From a virus (Duplodnaviria; Caudoviricetes): 50,686 nucleotides of DNA. A program made the position numbers and the translations under genes. The notes under the pieces are model-generated. The model made no database searches and had not been told where the DNA came from. It saw only the letters and a list, made by a program, of their open reading frames with translations. Positions within the stretch are counted from its first letter, which is position 1. Every line of letters begins with the position of its first letter. This document shows, piece after piece, positions 37,724 through 46,885 of the stretch. The DNA lies in the IMG/VR virus record IMGVR_UViG_3300020336_000224, positions 1 to 50,686 of that record. One strand, 5' to 3'.

Positions 37724-37840
37724 TTACATTCCTGCCTTCCGAGCTCTATGCTCTGGTGTTTCGATCGGTGCTTTCATTGCCCGTTCATGTTGTTGGTTAC
37801 GATAACTGTCAAGTTCATCTCGACTAAGTCCCCCATGCAT
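37724..37840 (-). CDS. Possible small protein (38 aa)
   Basis: MHGGLSRDELD... fills the gap between queE and the next gene; stop abuts next ATG. Confidence 0.3.
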   Translation of the reverse strand: MHGGLSRDELDSYRNQQHERAMKAPIETPEHRARKAGM

Positions 37841-38720
37841 TGCCGAAAAGGTCGATATGGAGTCTTGGTGTAAACCTCCATCCTTGCGCCATGCATAATT
37901 CAGCCACTTCTTTAACGTTGAGGTTATACTCTTCTGAACGTCCTCCCAACGGCATAAGATATACCGGACACTCGATCCCGGCGCCCCTATACTCAGCAAC
38001 AGCTCTTTTAACTTCTTCAACGTCCACACTGTCAGCCACAACAAACTTAAGATAAAGTTTACTACCATGAACATTGTTATACTCACTAGCAATATCAGGG
38101 TTAATAGCGTCTTCCCAGGATTCTCCGCTGACACTAAGTTTTGGGGAACAACTCCAAGTAACTTCAAATCGTTCTTGGCCGCTGATATAGTCTCTAAAGT
38201 CGTCTCGTAGCTTTTGAGAAGTATTTGTTTCAAATGTAACATTTTTTAAGTCCTGCATTCGTGGGTGGTCTAATAGTTCGGTATAGAATCTTTGCCACCC
38301 TAACAAAGGTTCTCCTCCAGTAAATATTAAATGGACATCTTGTCCATTGTCCATTGTCCACTTACCTTCTGGAGTAAGTGATAATAAATGTTCAACAACT
38401 TCGTCTACAGTTCTATCCATCATTAGTTTCTTAAACTCGGGATAGATACTTGCATACGTGTCACAGCCAGTGTGTATAATAGGCAAGTCATTAAAGTCTG
38501 TTGTTGTCTTGTGTACTTCTTTAGCAAGTAAGTCTGCTACTTCGGGATTGTGTTTAATACCGTTTGCTTGTTTTTCTGCACGACTAGGTTCATCACGGTT
38601 AAGTCCAAAGTTCATGCATCGAAAGTTACAACCAAATGTACGTAGGAATACACTAGGCACACCAACAAAACGTCCTTCACCTTGTACACTATAGAATGCT
38701 TCTGAATATCTTAGTTTCAT
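37824..38720 (-). CDS. queE: 7-carboxy-7-deazaguanine synthase (radical SAM)
   Basis: EAFYSVQGEG, FLRTFGCNFRC...GCDT, TGGEP, ETN, SPKL, RLH. Confidence 0.9.
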   Translation of the reverse strand: MKLRYSEAFYSVQGEGRFVGVPSVFLRTFGCNFRCMNFGLNRDEPSRAEKQANGIKHNPEVADLLAKEVHKTTTDFNDLPIIHTGCDTYASIYPEFKKLMMDRTVDEVVEHLLSLTPEGKWTMDNGQDVHLIFTGGEPLLGWQRFYTELLDHPRMQDLKNVTFETNTSQKLRDDFRDYISGQERFEVTWSCSPKLSVSGESWEDAINPDIASEYNNVHGSKLYLKFVVADSVDVEEVKRAVAEYRGAGIECPVYLMPLGGRSEEYNLNVKEVAELCMAQGWRFTPRLHIDLFGNAWGT

Positions 38721-38721
38721 A

Positions 38722-39411
38722 TTATGCTCCACATGCAAACTGTTGTTGTAATTTAATATTGTCCATAAACTCTTTCTTAGTGCTAGGATCATCTGTAAAT
38801 GCACCACGTAGTACAGTTGTCTGTGTAAGACTGCTGTGTGCACCAATACCTCTGTTTTCACAACAACCATGTGTTGCTTGAATGTAAACACCTACGTTAG
38901 AACTGTTAGTTGCTTGTTGAATCTCATTAGCAATAACATTGTTAAGTTCTTCTTGTAGTGTACCTCTTCTTGCACACCATTGAGCAATACGTGTATACTT
39001 AGAAAGTCCAATAAGTGTTTCCGCGGCAATGATACCAATGTATGCAACACCATTCACTGGTTGGTGATGATGTGAACACATACTTTTAATTTCGCTTCTT
39101 ACAACAAGCATACCTTTGTAACCATCATCTACATGGTTTGGAAATGCAGTTGCATTAGGCATTGGGTTATAACGTCCTTGCATAAGTTCATTGATATACA
39201 TCTTTGCAAGACGTCTACCAGTGTCCATACTGTTAGGATCATTAAAACGATCTATAACCAAGCTGTCTAGTACTTCTTCAAACTTTGGTGTAAGTTCTTC
39301 TATTAGTGCATCTTTGTCGCCTGGTTGTAGATGCTGAGATATGTTGTCACCAGCCCAGAATCTATCTCCTGAGTCTTGTAACCTTTGTATTATTTCTTCA
39401 CTTTTCTTCAA
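38722..39411 (-). CDS. folE: GTP cyclohydrolase I
   Basis: SMCSHH, GLSK, LQE, HGC..RG; TTG start after GGAG. Confidence 0.93.
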   Translation of the reverse strand: MKKSEEIIQRLQDSGDRFWAGDNISQHLQPGDKDALIEELTPKFEEVLDSLVIDRFNDPNSMDTGRRLAKMYINELMQGRYNPMPNATAFPNHVDDGYKGMLVVRSEIKSMCSHHHQPVNGVAYIGIIAAETLIGLSKYTRIAQWCARRGTLQEELNNVIANEIQQATNSSNVGVYIQATHGCCENRGIGAHSSLTQTTVLRGAFTDDPSTKKEFMDNIKLQQQFACGA

Positions 39412-39473
39412 TTTTCTTCTCCGATGTTAAGGCAGTGGATTGCCGTTAGTAAAATACAATGCACAATAATTAC

Positions 39474-39502
39474 ATTATACATTGTATTTAGGTTTTTGTC
39501 AA
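39474..39502 (-). promoter_or_regulatory. Sigma70 promoter of folE-queE
   Basis: TTGACA-N17-TATAAT perfect consensus, TAAATA inside the spacer. Confidence 0.85.
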
Positions 39503-39519
39503 GAATATTATACAATATT

Positions 39520-39726
39520 TTAATCAAAATATTTGGTTAACATTTCAAGACGATCATGAGCTGTTGCCATTGCATCAAGCTCTTTCTGAATTGTTTCAAC
39601 AATATCAGAATGTTCACCGATTCCTACTACTTTTTCCATGTAGACTTCGATATTTGTTTTGTGTAGTTCAATTTCTGCTTCTGCGTGTTTCTTAGCCGCA
39701 TTAATTAAATTTTGTCTCAATTCCAT
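39520..39726 (-). CDS. Hypothetical protein
   Basis: AGGA SD; VGIGEH motif. Confidence 0.7.
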   Translation of the reverse strand: MELRQNLINAAKKHAEAEIELHKTNIEVYMEKVVGIGEHSDIVETIQKELDAMATAHDRLEMLTKYFD

Positions 39727-39736
39727 AGTCCTTTCC

Positions 39737-40114
39737 TTAATATTTTTGTTTAGATGGAATGACGCCTCGTACGCCACCTCTCGGTTCTTCCACGTCTCCA
39801 TCGCGACGGAAGATTAAATGTACATGCGGATACATAACTGTTTGTCCTGCACTAGTACCTATATTTAGACCAATGTTGTAACCTGTTATATTATTTTTGG
39901 TTGTTTCAACATTGTCACTACCCATTGACATTGCAAATTTAAAACACTTTTCTACGCAATCCATAACATTTACTTTAGGCACTATAAGTAAGTGACCTTC
40001 TGTTACAGGGTACTTATCTTCGTATACTACAAAATCTCTAGTATCTAAATAAACTTTATCCCAAGGAGCTCTGCCGTCTTGTTGAGCTTGTTCTAACGTA
40101 TCGTTACGCATCAT
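39737..40114 (-). CDS. HIT family nucleotide hydrolase
   Basis: DKYPVTEGHLLIVPK, AGQTVMYPHVHL. Confidence 0.9.
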   Translation of the reverse strand: MMRNDTLEQAQQDGRAPWDKVYLDTRDFVVYEDKYPVTEGHLLIVPKVNVMDCVEKCFKFAMSMGSDNVETTKNNITGYNIGLNIGTSAGQTVMYPHVHLIFRRDGDVEEPRGGVRGVIPSKQKY

Positions 40115-40667
40115 ATTTACCTACTATTTCCCACGGATAAACTAACCAAACATCTTCGTCTGCTTTGTTTATTTCATGTGCCGTGTAAGCAACTGGTGCA
40201 ATAGTTTCACTAGCCATATTGTCTGTTAATACTGCAAATCTTACATTACGTCCCCAAACAGTATTCCACGAATCTTCAGATGGTAAACAACCTGATTGCC
40301 AATCTTTTATAATCCAATTAAATGTTGCACCAGTGTCGTTTATATCATCTACGATTAGAATATTTTTACGTCTACCAATATCCCAACGACTTTTAGTTTT
40401 TACACGATCCTCTTCTGACACGTAACCAAATGCATCTTCGGCCATCCAAGCATTACTTTCGTTTTCACTATCGCCGTCACGTAAACTAACTTTAAGTGAT
40501 TCACACCTTACATCCATCATATTACTTAAAATAGTTGCAGGAATATTGCCTCCTCTTGTAAGTCCAACAATATAGTCAGGCTTCCAATCATCCTTTTGCA
40601 TTTGCATAGCAATATCAATACACATTTTTTCAATATGTTTCCAAGTGTAATAATGTTTCTTTATCAT
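40104..40667 (-). CDS. Type I (purine-like) phosphoribosyltransferase
   Basis: VGLTRGG, LIVDDINDTGAT PRPP loop, WLVYPWE. Confidence 0.88.
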   Translation of the reverse strand: MIKKHYYTWKHIEKMCIDIAMQMQKDDWKPDYIVGLTRGGNIPATILSNMMDVRCESLKVSLRDGDSENESNAWMAEDAFGYVSEEDRVKTKSRWDIGRRKNILIVDDINDTGATFNWIIKDWQSGCLPSEDSWNTVWGRNVRFAVLTDNMASETIAPVAYTAHEINKADEDVWLVYPWEIVGKYDA

Positions 40668-41002
40668 CCTAACATCCTTAATTCAACAATTATTTTTAAA
40701 AGACCGCTTATTAATAGTGTAAACAACGTTCCGTTAAGTATAATTAATGCTCTATCATTCCAAAGCAATCCAACCCATAACCAACCAAGTGTTCCTATTG
40801 CACTGAATATTAAATCCCATAAAACAAGTTCGCCGCCAACACTTCTACATGCTACTGCAACTAGTATAAAGAAACTACTAACCCATTTTACATACCAGCT
40901 AAGATCAAATTTAGGTGTTGCTTTTGGTACAAGATTTTTTGCTTCTACAATTTCTTGTACTTGTTCTTCAACAACATCTTTAATAGTATTTCTTACAGTC
41001 AT
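40664..41002 (-). CDS. Small membrane protein
   Basis: Three hydrophobic segments; WNDRALIILN. Confidence 0.7.
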   Translation of the reverse strand: MTVRNTIKDVVEEQVQEIVEAKNLVPKATPKFDLSWYVKWVSSFFILVAVACRSVGGELVLWDLIFSAIGTLGWLWVGLLWNDRALIILNGTLFTLLISGLLKIIVELRMLG

Positions 41003-41280
41003 TAAAATCCACCCCTTTCATATATCTCTACTAGTTTTTTGCCTGAAATCCCTTCTCTAAGATTATACTTAACTCCAGTTGAATTTACTGTTCTTTCAAT
41101 TCGTCCGTCGTTATATTCGATATCGCAAACACTTCCATCTTTAACACTTTCTTTTGTTTCATACCACATAGATGATAAAACCTTAGTATTAAAGGCGTGT
41201 AAGTTTCTAACTCCAGATGCCCATTCTTCAGCTTCTAATATTAATTTCCTTTCCATTACTACATTGTCATATTGACTCAT
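41002..41280 (-). CDS. Hypothetical protein
   Basis: AAGGAG SD. Confidence 0.6.
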   Translation of the reverse strand: MSQYDNVVMERKLILEAEEWASGVRNLHAFNTKVLSSMWYETKESVKDGSVCDIEYNDGRIERTVNSTGVKYNLREGISGKKLVEIYERGGF

Positions 41281-41283
41281 ACA

Positions 41284-41766
41284 TTACTCCTTAAGATATT
41301 TCTTATGAGATATCCATTTATAACCTGCATCTTGCCAGTTATGTTCTGTAGCATGTACAAATCGTACAAAGCCCCAGTCTTTTTGTTGTCTACCCATAAA
41401 GAATAAACTCCAACATGGAATCTCTTTTCCATTTTTATCTTTTGCAAGTTCTAACCAGTGTAGGTTACTTGCACTTCTAAATCTAATATGTCCAGGTCCA
41501 CGCCATTCTTTTGTTGCACCTACTACTGCACCTTCTCTAGAATATATAGGAATATGTTCGTAGTATCCACCTTTTAAGATAATAGCACCCCAATTCCAAG
41601 GATGGTCATGTAATACAGGCTCATCACTTTTTAAAACTTTGTGTAGTGTGACATTAAACGGAAAGTTCTTTCTGTCTTTTAAAAACAAATACCAACGTAC
41701 TAAGTAAGGCTCGTTGCTATCTCTATCACGAATAACACGTTTTCTATTTTTTAAAAACTCAAACAT
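41284..41766 (-). CDS. Cupin-fold protein
   Basis: LHDHPW...GGYYE...H...WSLF...WGF. Confidence 0.7.
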   Translation of the reverse strand: MFEFLKNRKRVIRDRDSNEPYLVRWYLFLKDRKNFPFNVTLHKVLKSDEPVLHDHPWNWGAIILKGGYYEHIPIYSREGAVVGATKEWRGPGHIRFRSASNLHWLELAKDKNGKEIPCWSLFFMGRQQKDWGFVRFVHATEHNWQDAGYKWISHKKYLKE

Positions 41767-42086
41767 TAATTACTATCTTTTATTGTTTCAAATGTATTAA
41801 TTTTTGCTAGTTCACGTTCATATGCTTCTGCGGCACGTCTTAAGCCTGCATACTTTTCTTCTTTAGCAATGTCTCTGCCTACAACACCTAGTACACGTTG
41901 CATATCTTTAATAGTCTGCATAACATCTACGCCATTGACCGTTAAATCTCCACTCACATTAAGACCCGTATCAATATTGTCACTAATCCAACTTGAATTA
42001 ATGTCGTATGCATAATTACTATCTAAGGTAATTGTACTTGTAGGTGTAGATGAGTCTAAGGTAAAAGTATAATTACTATCGTTCAT
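41766..42086 (-). CDS. Hypothetical protein
   Basis: AAGGA SD; start overlaps upstream gene end. Confidence 0.6.
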   Translation of the reverse strand: MNDSNYTFTLDSSTPTSTITLDSNYAYDINSSWISDNIDTGLNVSGDLTVNGVDVMQTIKDMQRVLGVVGRDIAKEEKYAGLRRAAEAYERELAKINTFETIKDSN

Positions 42087-43125
42087 TTTTAATCCTTTCA
42101 TAAATTTCATTACCACTAAAAAAGTCTTTGTTAAGTTTTGCCACTTGTTTTTTAATATTTGGTAAAAAGTCGTTATAGTTTTCCATATATTCAACAATTT
42201 GTTTAATTAACTTATCTCTGTTATGTAAGTACGCATCGTAATCTTCTGTCCAAACACTTGGATATTTAAAAATATCTAAAGCCATTTCACTATAACTAAG
42301 TCTATCCGGAACCATTGGAATAGCATCTACCAATGCTCCTTCATACCAACTAATACCTAATGTTTCTTGCAAGTTAGCACTAAACACCATTTTAGCTTCG
42401 CCTAGTAAGTTGTGATATTCGTTCTTACTAAGTTGTTGTTCTTGACAAACAACAAACTCATACTGCGGTAAACGTTCTTTAAGATCTCTAAAGATATCAA
42501 CTTGTTTTTCAGGAGCAACTCTGTGTGGAAAGAGTATAAGGTCTCTTTTTGTCATATCAGAATAACTGTGTAAACTGCTCTTTAGATACTCCATAGGCCA
42601 TCCAACACGATGTGTTTTATTTGGCATTATGTCTAAACTTTTTGCAAATAAGTCTATATGGAATTGACTTGCAAAAAAGTTATCATCATAGCATTCATAC
42701 ATTGATTGCTCTGCATGTCTTACCCAAGGTTTATCACCTATAAGTCTACCTAAAAAATCTTGCGGATCATAACTACCTGCATGCCACAAACCACCAATGC
42801 AAATATCAACACCTAATAGTTCTGCCATGTAGCGTAGTTGTACCACTGTAGGATTCCAGGCATCAGTATAGAGAAAATAATCACCGTCCTTAACAGTTCC
42901 ATCACAAAACATTTCTCCAATTTTTTCTAACTGTTTGCTTTTGTAAACATTTGTACCACCAAAATTAAGGAACGCCCCAGGCGTTGTAGCCTGCGGTGTC
43001 TCACCTCCACTAATAACATGAACGTCTTCGTTAGTAGAACGTTTTAGTTGCTTTGGAAGATATTCCTTCCATTGCTTAGTATAACGTGTATCTACTGCTT
43101 CAATGTCTACAATATAAACAGTCAT
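42076..43125 (-). CDS. GT-B fold glycosyltransferase
   Basis: FPHRVAPEKQ, QETLGISWYEG (Ex7E), WHAGSYD. Confidence 0.75.
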   Translation of the reverse strand: MTVYIVDIEAVDTRYTKQWKEYLPKQLKRSTNEDVHVISGGETPQATTPGAFLNFGGTNVYKSKQLEKIGEMFCDGTVKDGDYFLYTDAWNPTVVQLRYMAELLGVDICIGGLWHAGSYDPQDFLGRLIGDKPWVRHAEQSMYECYDDNFFASQFHIDLFAKSLDIMPNKTHRVGWPMEYLKSSLHSYSDMTKRDLILFPHRVAPEKQVDIFRDLKERLPQYEFVVCQEQQLSKNEYHNLLGEAKMVFSANLQETLGISWYEGALVDAIPMVPDRLSYSEMALDIFKYPSVWTEDYDAYLHNRDKLIKQIVEYMENYNDFLPNIKKQVAKLNKDFFSGNEIYERIKNER

Positions 43126-43307
43126 TACTTGCGCCTATAATATTTTTTGTTACCCCTTGCTTTAAAAGCAAGGAACTCCTTATATATACGACTTGATTCC
43201 TTATACAAGTCTTTTTCGTTAAATACTTTGCCGTTGAAGCGACAAAAGTCCCTATATTCATCCAAGTCGTCAAAAATTTGCTGAACTTTTGGAAAAGTTG
43301 TTGACAT
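43125..43307 (-). CDS. Hypothetical protein
   Basis: GAGGA SD; TAATG coupling. Confidence 0.6.
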   Translation of the reverse strand: MSTTFPKVQQIFDDLDEYRDFCRFNGKVFNEKDLYKESSRIYKEFLAFKARGNKKYYRRK

Positions 43308-43330
43308 TTTAAAATCCTCTTTTTCATAGT

Positions 43331-43828
43331 CTATCTAGGGTAAAAAATTGTACAGCCGTTTTCTCCATCTTCGGAGACATCAATTTCTACAAATCGGCCA
43401 GGGTATTTTGTAGAAATAGCTTCATAGAGATCATCTGCGATCATCTCACATGATTTGTAATCTAAAATAAGCACTTCAGAGTTGGTTGTGCTCTGTTCTT
43501 TACTTCCTTCAGTATTTTGTCCTGAGTAGAGTCTTTCGAGCCATCGCTTGAATTGGATGAACTCGATATCTCTATCGTTGTGTCGCACTTCAATCCGCAC
43601 CCTGAAATGGAAAATATGACGATGAGGATAACCAAGAAACGATACGTCATCCCAGTCACCAGTTGCCAACTTTGGATCATCTAGTGCTGCCGGATATTTG
43701 TGAATGCCTTCTTTTTTGAATGTAACCCATATGCTTCTCTCAGCATTATTTAGTGCATTTTCTTTATTCATTTTTGCATCTTCCTCTCTCATTCTACGTC
43801 CCATGTAATCATAATAACGTTCTTGCAT
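43331..43828 (-). CDS. queD: QueD-like 6-carboxytetrahydropterin synthase (T-fold)
   Basis: GIH, HRHIFH, SCEMIA, VSEDGENG; context with folE/queE. Confidence 0.7.
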   Translation of the reverse strand: MQERYYDYMGRRMREEDAKMNKENALNNAERSIWVTFKKEGIHKYPAALDDPKLATGDWDDVSFLGYPHRHIFHFRVRIEVRHNDRDIEFIQFKRWLERLYSGQNTEGSKEQSTTNSEVLILDYKSCEMIADDLYEAISTKYPGRFVEIDVSEDGENGCTIFYPR

Positions 43829-43835
43829 TGTTTAT

Positions 43836-43864
43836 AGTATACTTTCATTTAATAACTTTGTCAA
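43836..43864 (-). promoter_or_regulatory. Sigma70 promoter, probably producing a leaderless queD-like mRNA
   Basis: TTGACA-N17-TATACT, 7 nt before ATG 43828. Confidence 0.7.
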
Positions 43865-44378
43865 GGCCATATTTGCTCCAATTGGTAAACTTTTCTCTAT
43901 CCAAAAGGTCATGCAAACTATGACACCAAACACCTGGATTAGTTGCCTTAAAATCTTTATCATCGATCTTCAACATAGTGTTGTAGTTCCACTGTTTCAC
44001 ATAAGGCAATGGAATGCGAAGTTGTGGAATAAAGTTGTCATATTCAGTTAATCCTGATTCTAAAAATGCGTCAGCAAGTGCAATAGGAATATCCAAACTA
44101 CACAAGTAACCTTCTTTAAGGAATTCTAAAATCATATCTTCCCAAGGTGTCCATTGATTAGCATCTTCAGGAAACTTTGTTCCGGGGTTAAAACTATGAT
44201 TAGCACCAAAGAAAATATGTTTGCAGTTGTGTTCGTTGTAGTATTGTAAGATAGTTTTTATATCTTGAACACCATCTACAAACAGTGTTTGCAAACCGTA
44301 AGCAGGAGTTTTCTCAACTTCAACACCTGTAAACATAGTAGGTGTTTCTAATGTGCCTTCTGCATAATCTCTTTTCAT
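43845..44378 (-). CDS. Hypothetical protein in the deazaguanine locus
   Basis: GAGG SD; HIFFGANHSF, TNPGVWCH. Confidence 0.7.
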   Translation of the reverse strand: MKRDYAEGTLETPTMFTGVEVEKTPAYGLQTLFVDGVQDIKTILQYYNEHNCKHIFFGANHSFNPGTKFPEDANQWTPWEDMILEFLKEGYLCSLDIPIALADAFLESGLTEYDNFIPQLRIPLPYVKQWNYNTMLKIDDKDFKATNPGVWCHSLHDLLDREKFTNWSKYGLDKVIK

Positions 44379-45836
44379 TTATACCTCAAATAAGTTATTA
44401 AACTGTGTTTGTGCATTTACAATGCGTTTACCAGTGTTACCCCTAGTGCCGATAATACTATCCCAATATCTAGAAAATTCTTCTATAATTGCATTTGCTT
44501 CATTTCTATTATCTGTCATAAAGATTGCTTCTACAATATCTTTAAAAGCAACTCTATCAAATCTTTCATCTACTAACATATTTGGAATAACACCGTTATC
44601 ATACTGTCTATTAGCTTCTTGTACAGCATTAATGTGCATCCATACATTGTGACCCATCATTACTGCATAAGAAAAACTGTCCCAAGATGTTTTACCTTCT
44701 TTGCCTATTTTGTTTAAGTCCCCTGGACCATAAATGCAAATATCATTTGCTTTTAAGCCTTTACTAATTGGAGATTCTAAAAACGATGAATGTTTTCCTT
44801 CTCGCACAAAGGCTTTACTAAAATCAGTAGTATCTGTAGAAAAACTTTTATCGTCAATACTAGGCACCATTCGATACACCCATTTAGATCTATCTTCAGT
44901 TTCTAGTTCGCAGTAAATTTGTCCATTAGCAGTTGCTAAGAAAGGACTAGCACAGTCAAATGTAATTGTAAAGTTTGAGTTATGATACTTACGAACTGCT
45001 CTTTGTATGTCTGTAAGTAATACAGCCCATTCTAGTTTACTAGTGCCTAAGAAGTGCATTACATCATGTACACCTTGTTCCAGTAGTCCGTCGAATCTCA
45101 ATGCAACTAGACGTTTAAGAACCAAATGTACATCACACATGTTCTGACCACCCATTGACCACCCATTAAAATGATTGTCTGGATACACGTTAGGATCACA
45201 ATAGTCTTTCATCTGTTGATACCAATCTTCTGCGTCAGCATGATTCTCGCCTTGTAAAACATTAAGGAACTTACAAGCACCTGTTCTATGTTTCATCCAG
45301 TAGTCATTGTTAATACGTGTAGCATTTACAGCGTCTTGATAGTTATCAATGCCTGTTGCTTTTGCTCCTTCAGGTGAACGTGCTACCCAGGCTGGAATAT
45401 CAAGTATCATTCCATAGTCCATGTAAGAGTCCATCCAACGCAATACACCGTCACGTTTCTTTTGTGCTTTAGGACAATTAGGATCTTTCCAGTTGCCTTC
45501 CCAAACTCCTTTACCAATTTGAAAACCACCTGAGTCACCTAACAACCAAGTGTTTTCTCTATCTCTATTACGTACCATATCTTCTTTAGGTACTTCTTTA
45601 GTAGTATCTAAGTCAGCATGTCCTGCTGAATAAAGTGTCCATTTATATGTAAATGCACCTTCGTTTTTATTAAGATAGTTTAAGCTCTCTACGCCATTAG
45701 TTAAATTATTTGGAATACGGGACTTATCCACATATTCGTCATAACGCTGTTTGCCTACATAAGTTGCATAGAAGCCACTTAGTGCAGGTAAAAATACTGC
45801 GTAGTCATTTTGTTCTGCGGTTAAGTCTTTATTCAT
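44379..45836 (-). CDS. TGT/DpdA-like base-exchange transglycosylase (7-deazaguanine insertion)
   Basis: DSGGFQ, LDIP, NVLQG, GWSMGG, MHFLG, TFDCAS; adjacent to preQ0 pathway genes. Confidence 0.75.
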   Translation of the reverse strand: MNKDLTAEQNDYAVFLPALSGFYATYVGKQRYDEYVDKSRIPNNLTNGVESLNYLNKNEGAFTYKWTLYSAGHADLDTTKEVPKEDMVRNRDRENTWLLGDSGGFQIGKGVWEGNWKDPNCPKAQKKRDGVLRWMDSYMDYGMILDIPAWVARSPEGAKATGIDNYQDAVNATRINNDYWMKHRTGACKFLNVLQGENHADAEDWYQQMKDYCDPNVYPDNHFNGWSMGGQNMCDVHLVLKRLVALRFDGLLEQGVHDVMHFLGTSKLEWAVLLTDIQRAVRKYHNSNFTITFDCASPFLATANGQIYCELETEDRSKWVYRMVPSIDDKSFSTDTTDFSKAFVREGKHSSFLESPISKGLKANDICIYGPGDLNKIGKEGKTSWDSFSYAVMMGHNVWMHINAVQEANRQYDNGVIPNMLVDERFDRVAFKDIVEAIFMTDNRNEANAIIEEFSRYWDSIIGTRGNTGKRIVNAQTQFNNLFEV

Positions 45837-46127
45837 TTATTGTTGTTCCAATTGTATTTCATATTTAGATTTAAAATACTCGTGAGTTGTATATGCCGCA
45901 GTAGCGTAACCAGCTGCAAAGATAAGCAAATAAATTACAGTTGTTTTTAGATTTGTTTTCCAACCGCCTTTGCCATTGTTCTTTTTGTATGCTTTATACA
46001 TCCACCAGAACCCTGCAATAGTTAGTACAACACTTAATGCAATGACCCAAGGTTCGTTTGCCAATGCGGCACCAGAAGCACCGAATATTAAAAATAGTAA
46101 TCCGTTTATATAACAAGCTGGGCACAT
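45837..46127 (-). CDS. Small membrane protein with N-terminal CxxC
   Basis: MCPAC followed by three hydrophobic segments. Confidence 0.6.
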   Translation of the reverse strand: MCPACYINGLLFLIFGASGAALANEPWVIALSVVLTIAGFWWMYKAYKKNNGKGGWKTNLKTTVIYLLIFAAGYATAAYTTHEYFKSKYEIQLEQQ

Positions 46128-46128
46128 A

Positions 46129-46869
46129 TTACTTACTCTGTGCTGGCAGGATATAATCGTAAGTAACTAAGCCACTATCTACAGTAATTTGCATTGCTCC
46201 TTGATTTGAAATACTCATTGCAATATCACCGTCAAGATTTAAAATTGCTTGTGTAGCCGCTACAGGCCAACTCCATGCATGTGTAAGTTCACCTTCAACG
46301 TCAGTTTGGAAAACAAAGCTACCTGCGTGTGTACTTGCATCACCAAAGTAAAAATGTAAATCAGTTTTTTCACCAGTCTTTTCTGTCTTAACAGTAAAAA
46401 CTGTTTCTTCAGAATGTGCCGCACTTTGCAGTTTCATTCTTGTAATACTTGCAATACTTGGTTGAAACATAACGTCCCATGATGCACCTTTAAACTTAAC
46501 AGTTTTAAGTTTTTCTTCAATGATTTGTTTATTCATAAACCTATAATCATTTTGGAAATCACCGCCTGTGTTTTCAAAGTGAATGTGTGTAGGAACAACT
46601 TCTCCGTTACGTTCTGCTTCAACTACTTCAATCTTTGCATCTTTTTGATACTCAGGATTTTTTAAGTGTAGTGCTAACTTATCTAAGTTAGGCATACCAA
46701 ACGTACCGTTAAATTCTGATACAGGTTCCTTTGTTGTTGCTGTTAGGATAACTGAACGATCTTCAGCCATACTCTCAATAGTTGTTGTATCGCCACTAGT
46801 AATTTTTGTTAAGTTCAAAAATCCTAACGCATGTGTATGCGATACTATGTCTTGTAAAATGTCTTTCAT
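46129..46869 (-). CDS. Putative sliding clamp (gp45-like)
   Basis: 246 aa, acidic; TFGMPNLDKL and terminal YILPA resemble gp45 pattern; near DNA polymerase. Confidence 0.5.
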   Translation of the reverse strand: MKDILQDIVSHTHALGFLNLTKITSGDTTTIESMAEDRSVILTATTKEPVSEFNGTFGMPNLDKLALHLKNPEYQKDAKIEVVEAERNGEVVPTHIHFENTGGDFQNDYRFMNKQIIEEKLKTVKFKGASWDVMFQPSIASITRMKLQSAAHSEETVFTVKTEKTGEKTDLHFYFGDASTHAGSFVFQTDVEGELTHAWSWPVAATQAILNLDGDIAMSISNQGAMQITVDSGLVTYDYILPAQSK

Positions 46870-46885
46870 TGCCTTATTCTCCAGG

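Noticed and set aside
37841-38242. Long alternative-frame ORF overlapping queE
   Set aside because: Overlaps conserved QueE motifs; only the last 38 codons outside queE are plausible
40596-41060. 154-aa plus-strand ORF and the many other short antisense ORFs in the track
   Set aside because: Lie opposite well-supported genes; composition typical of shadow frames
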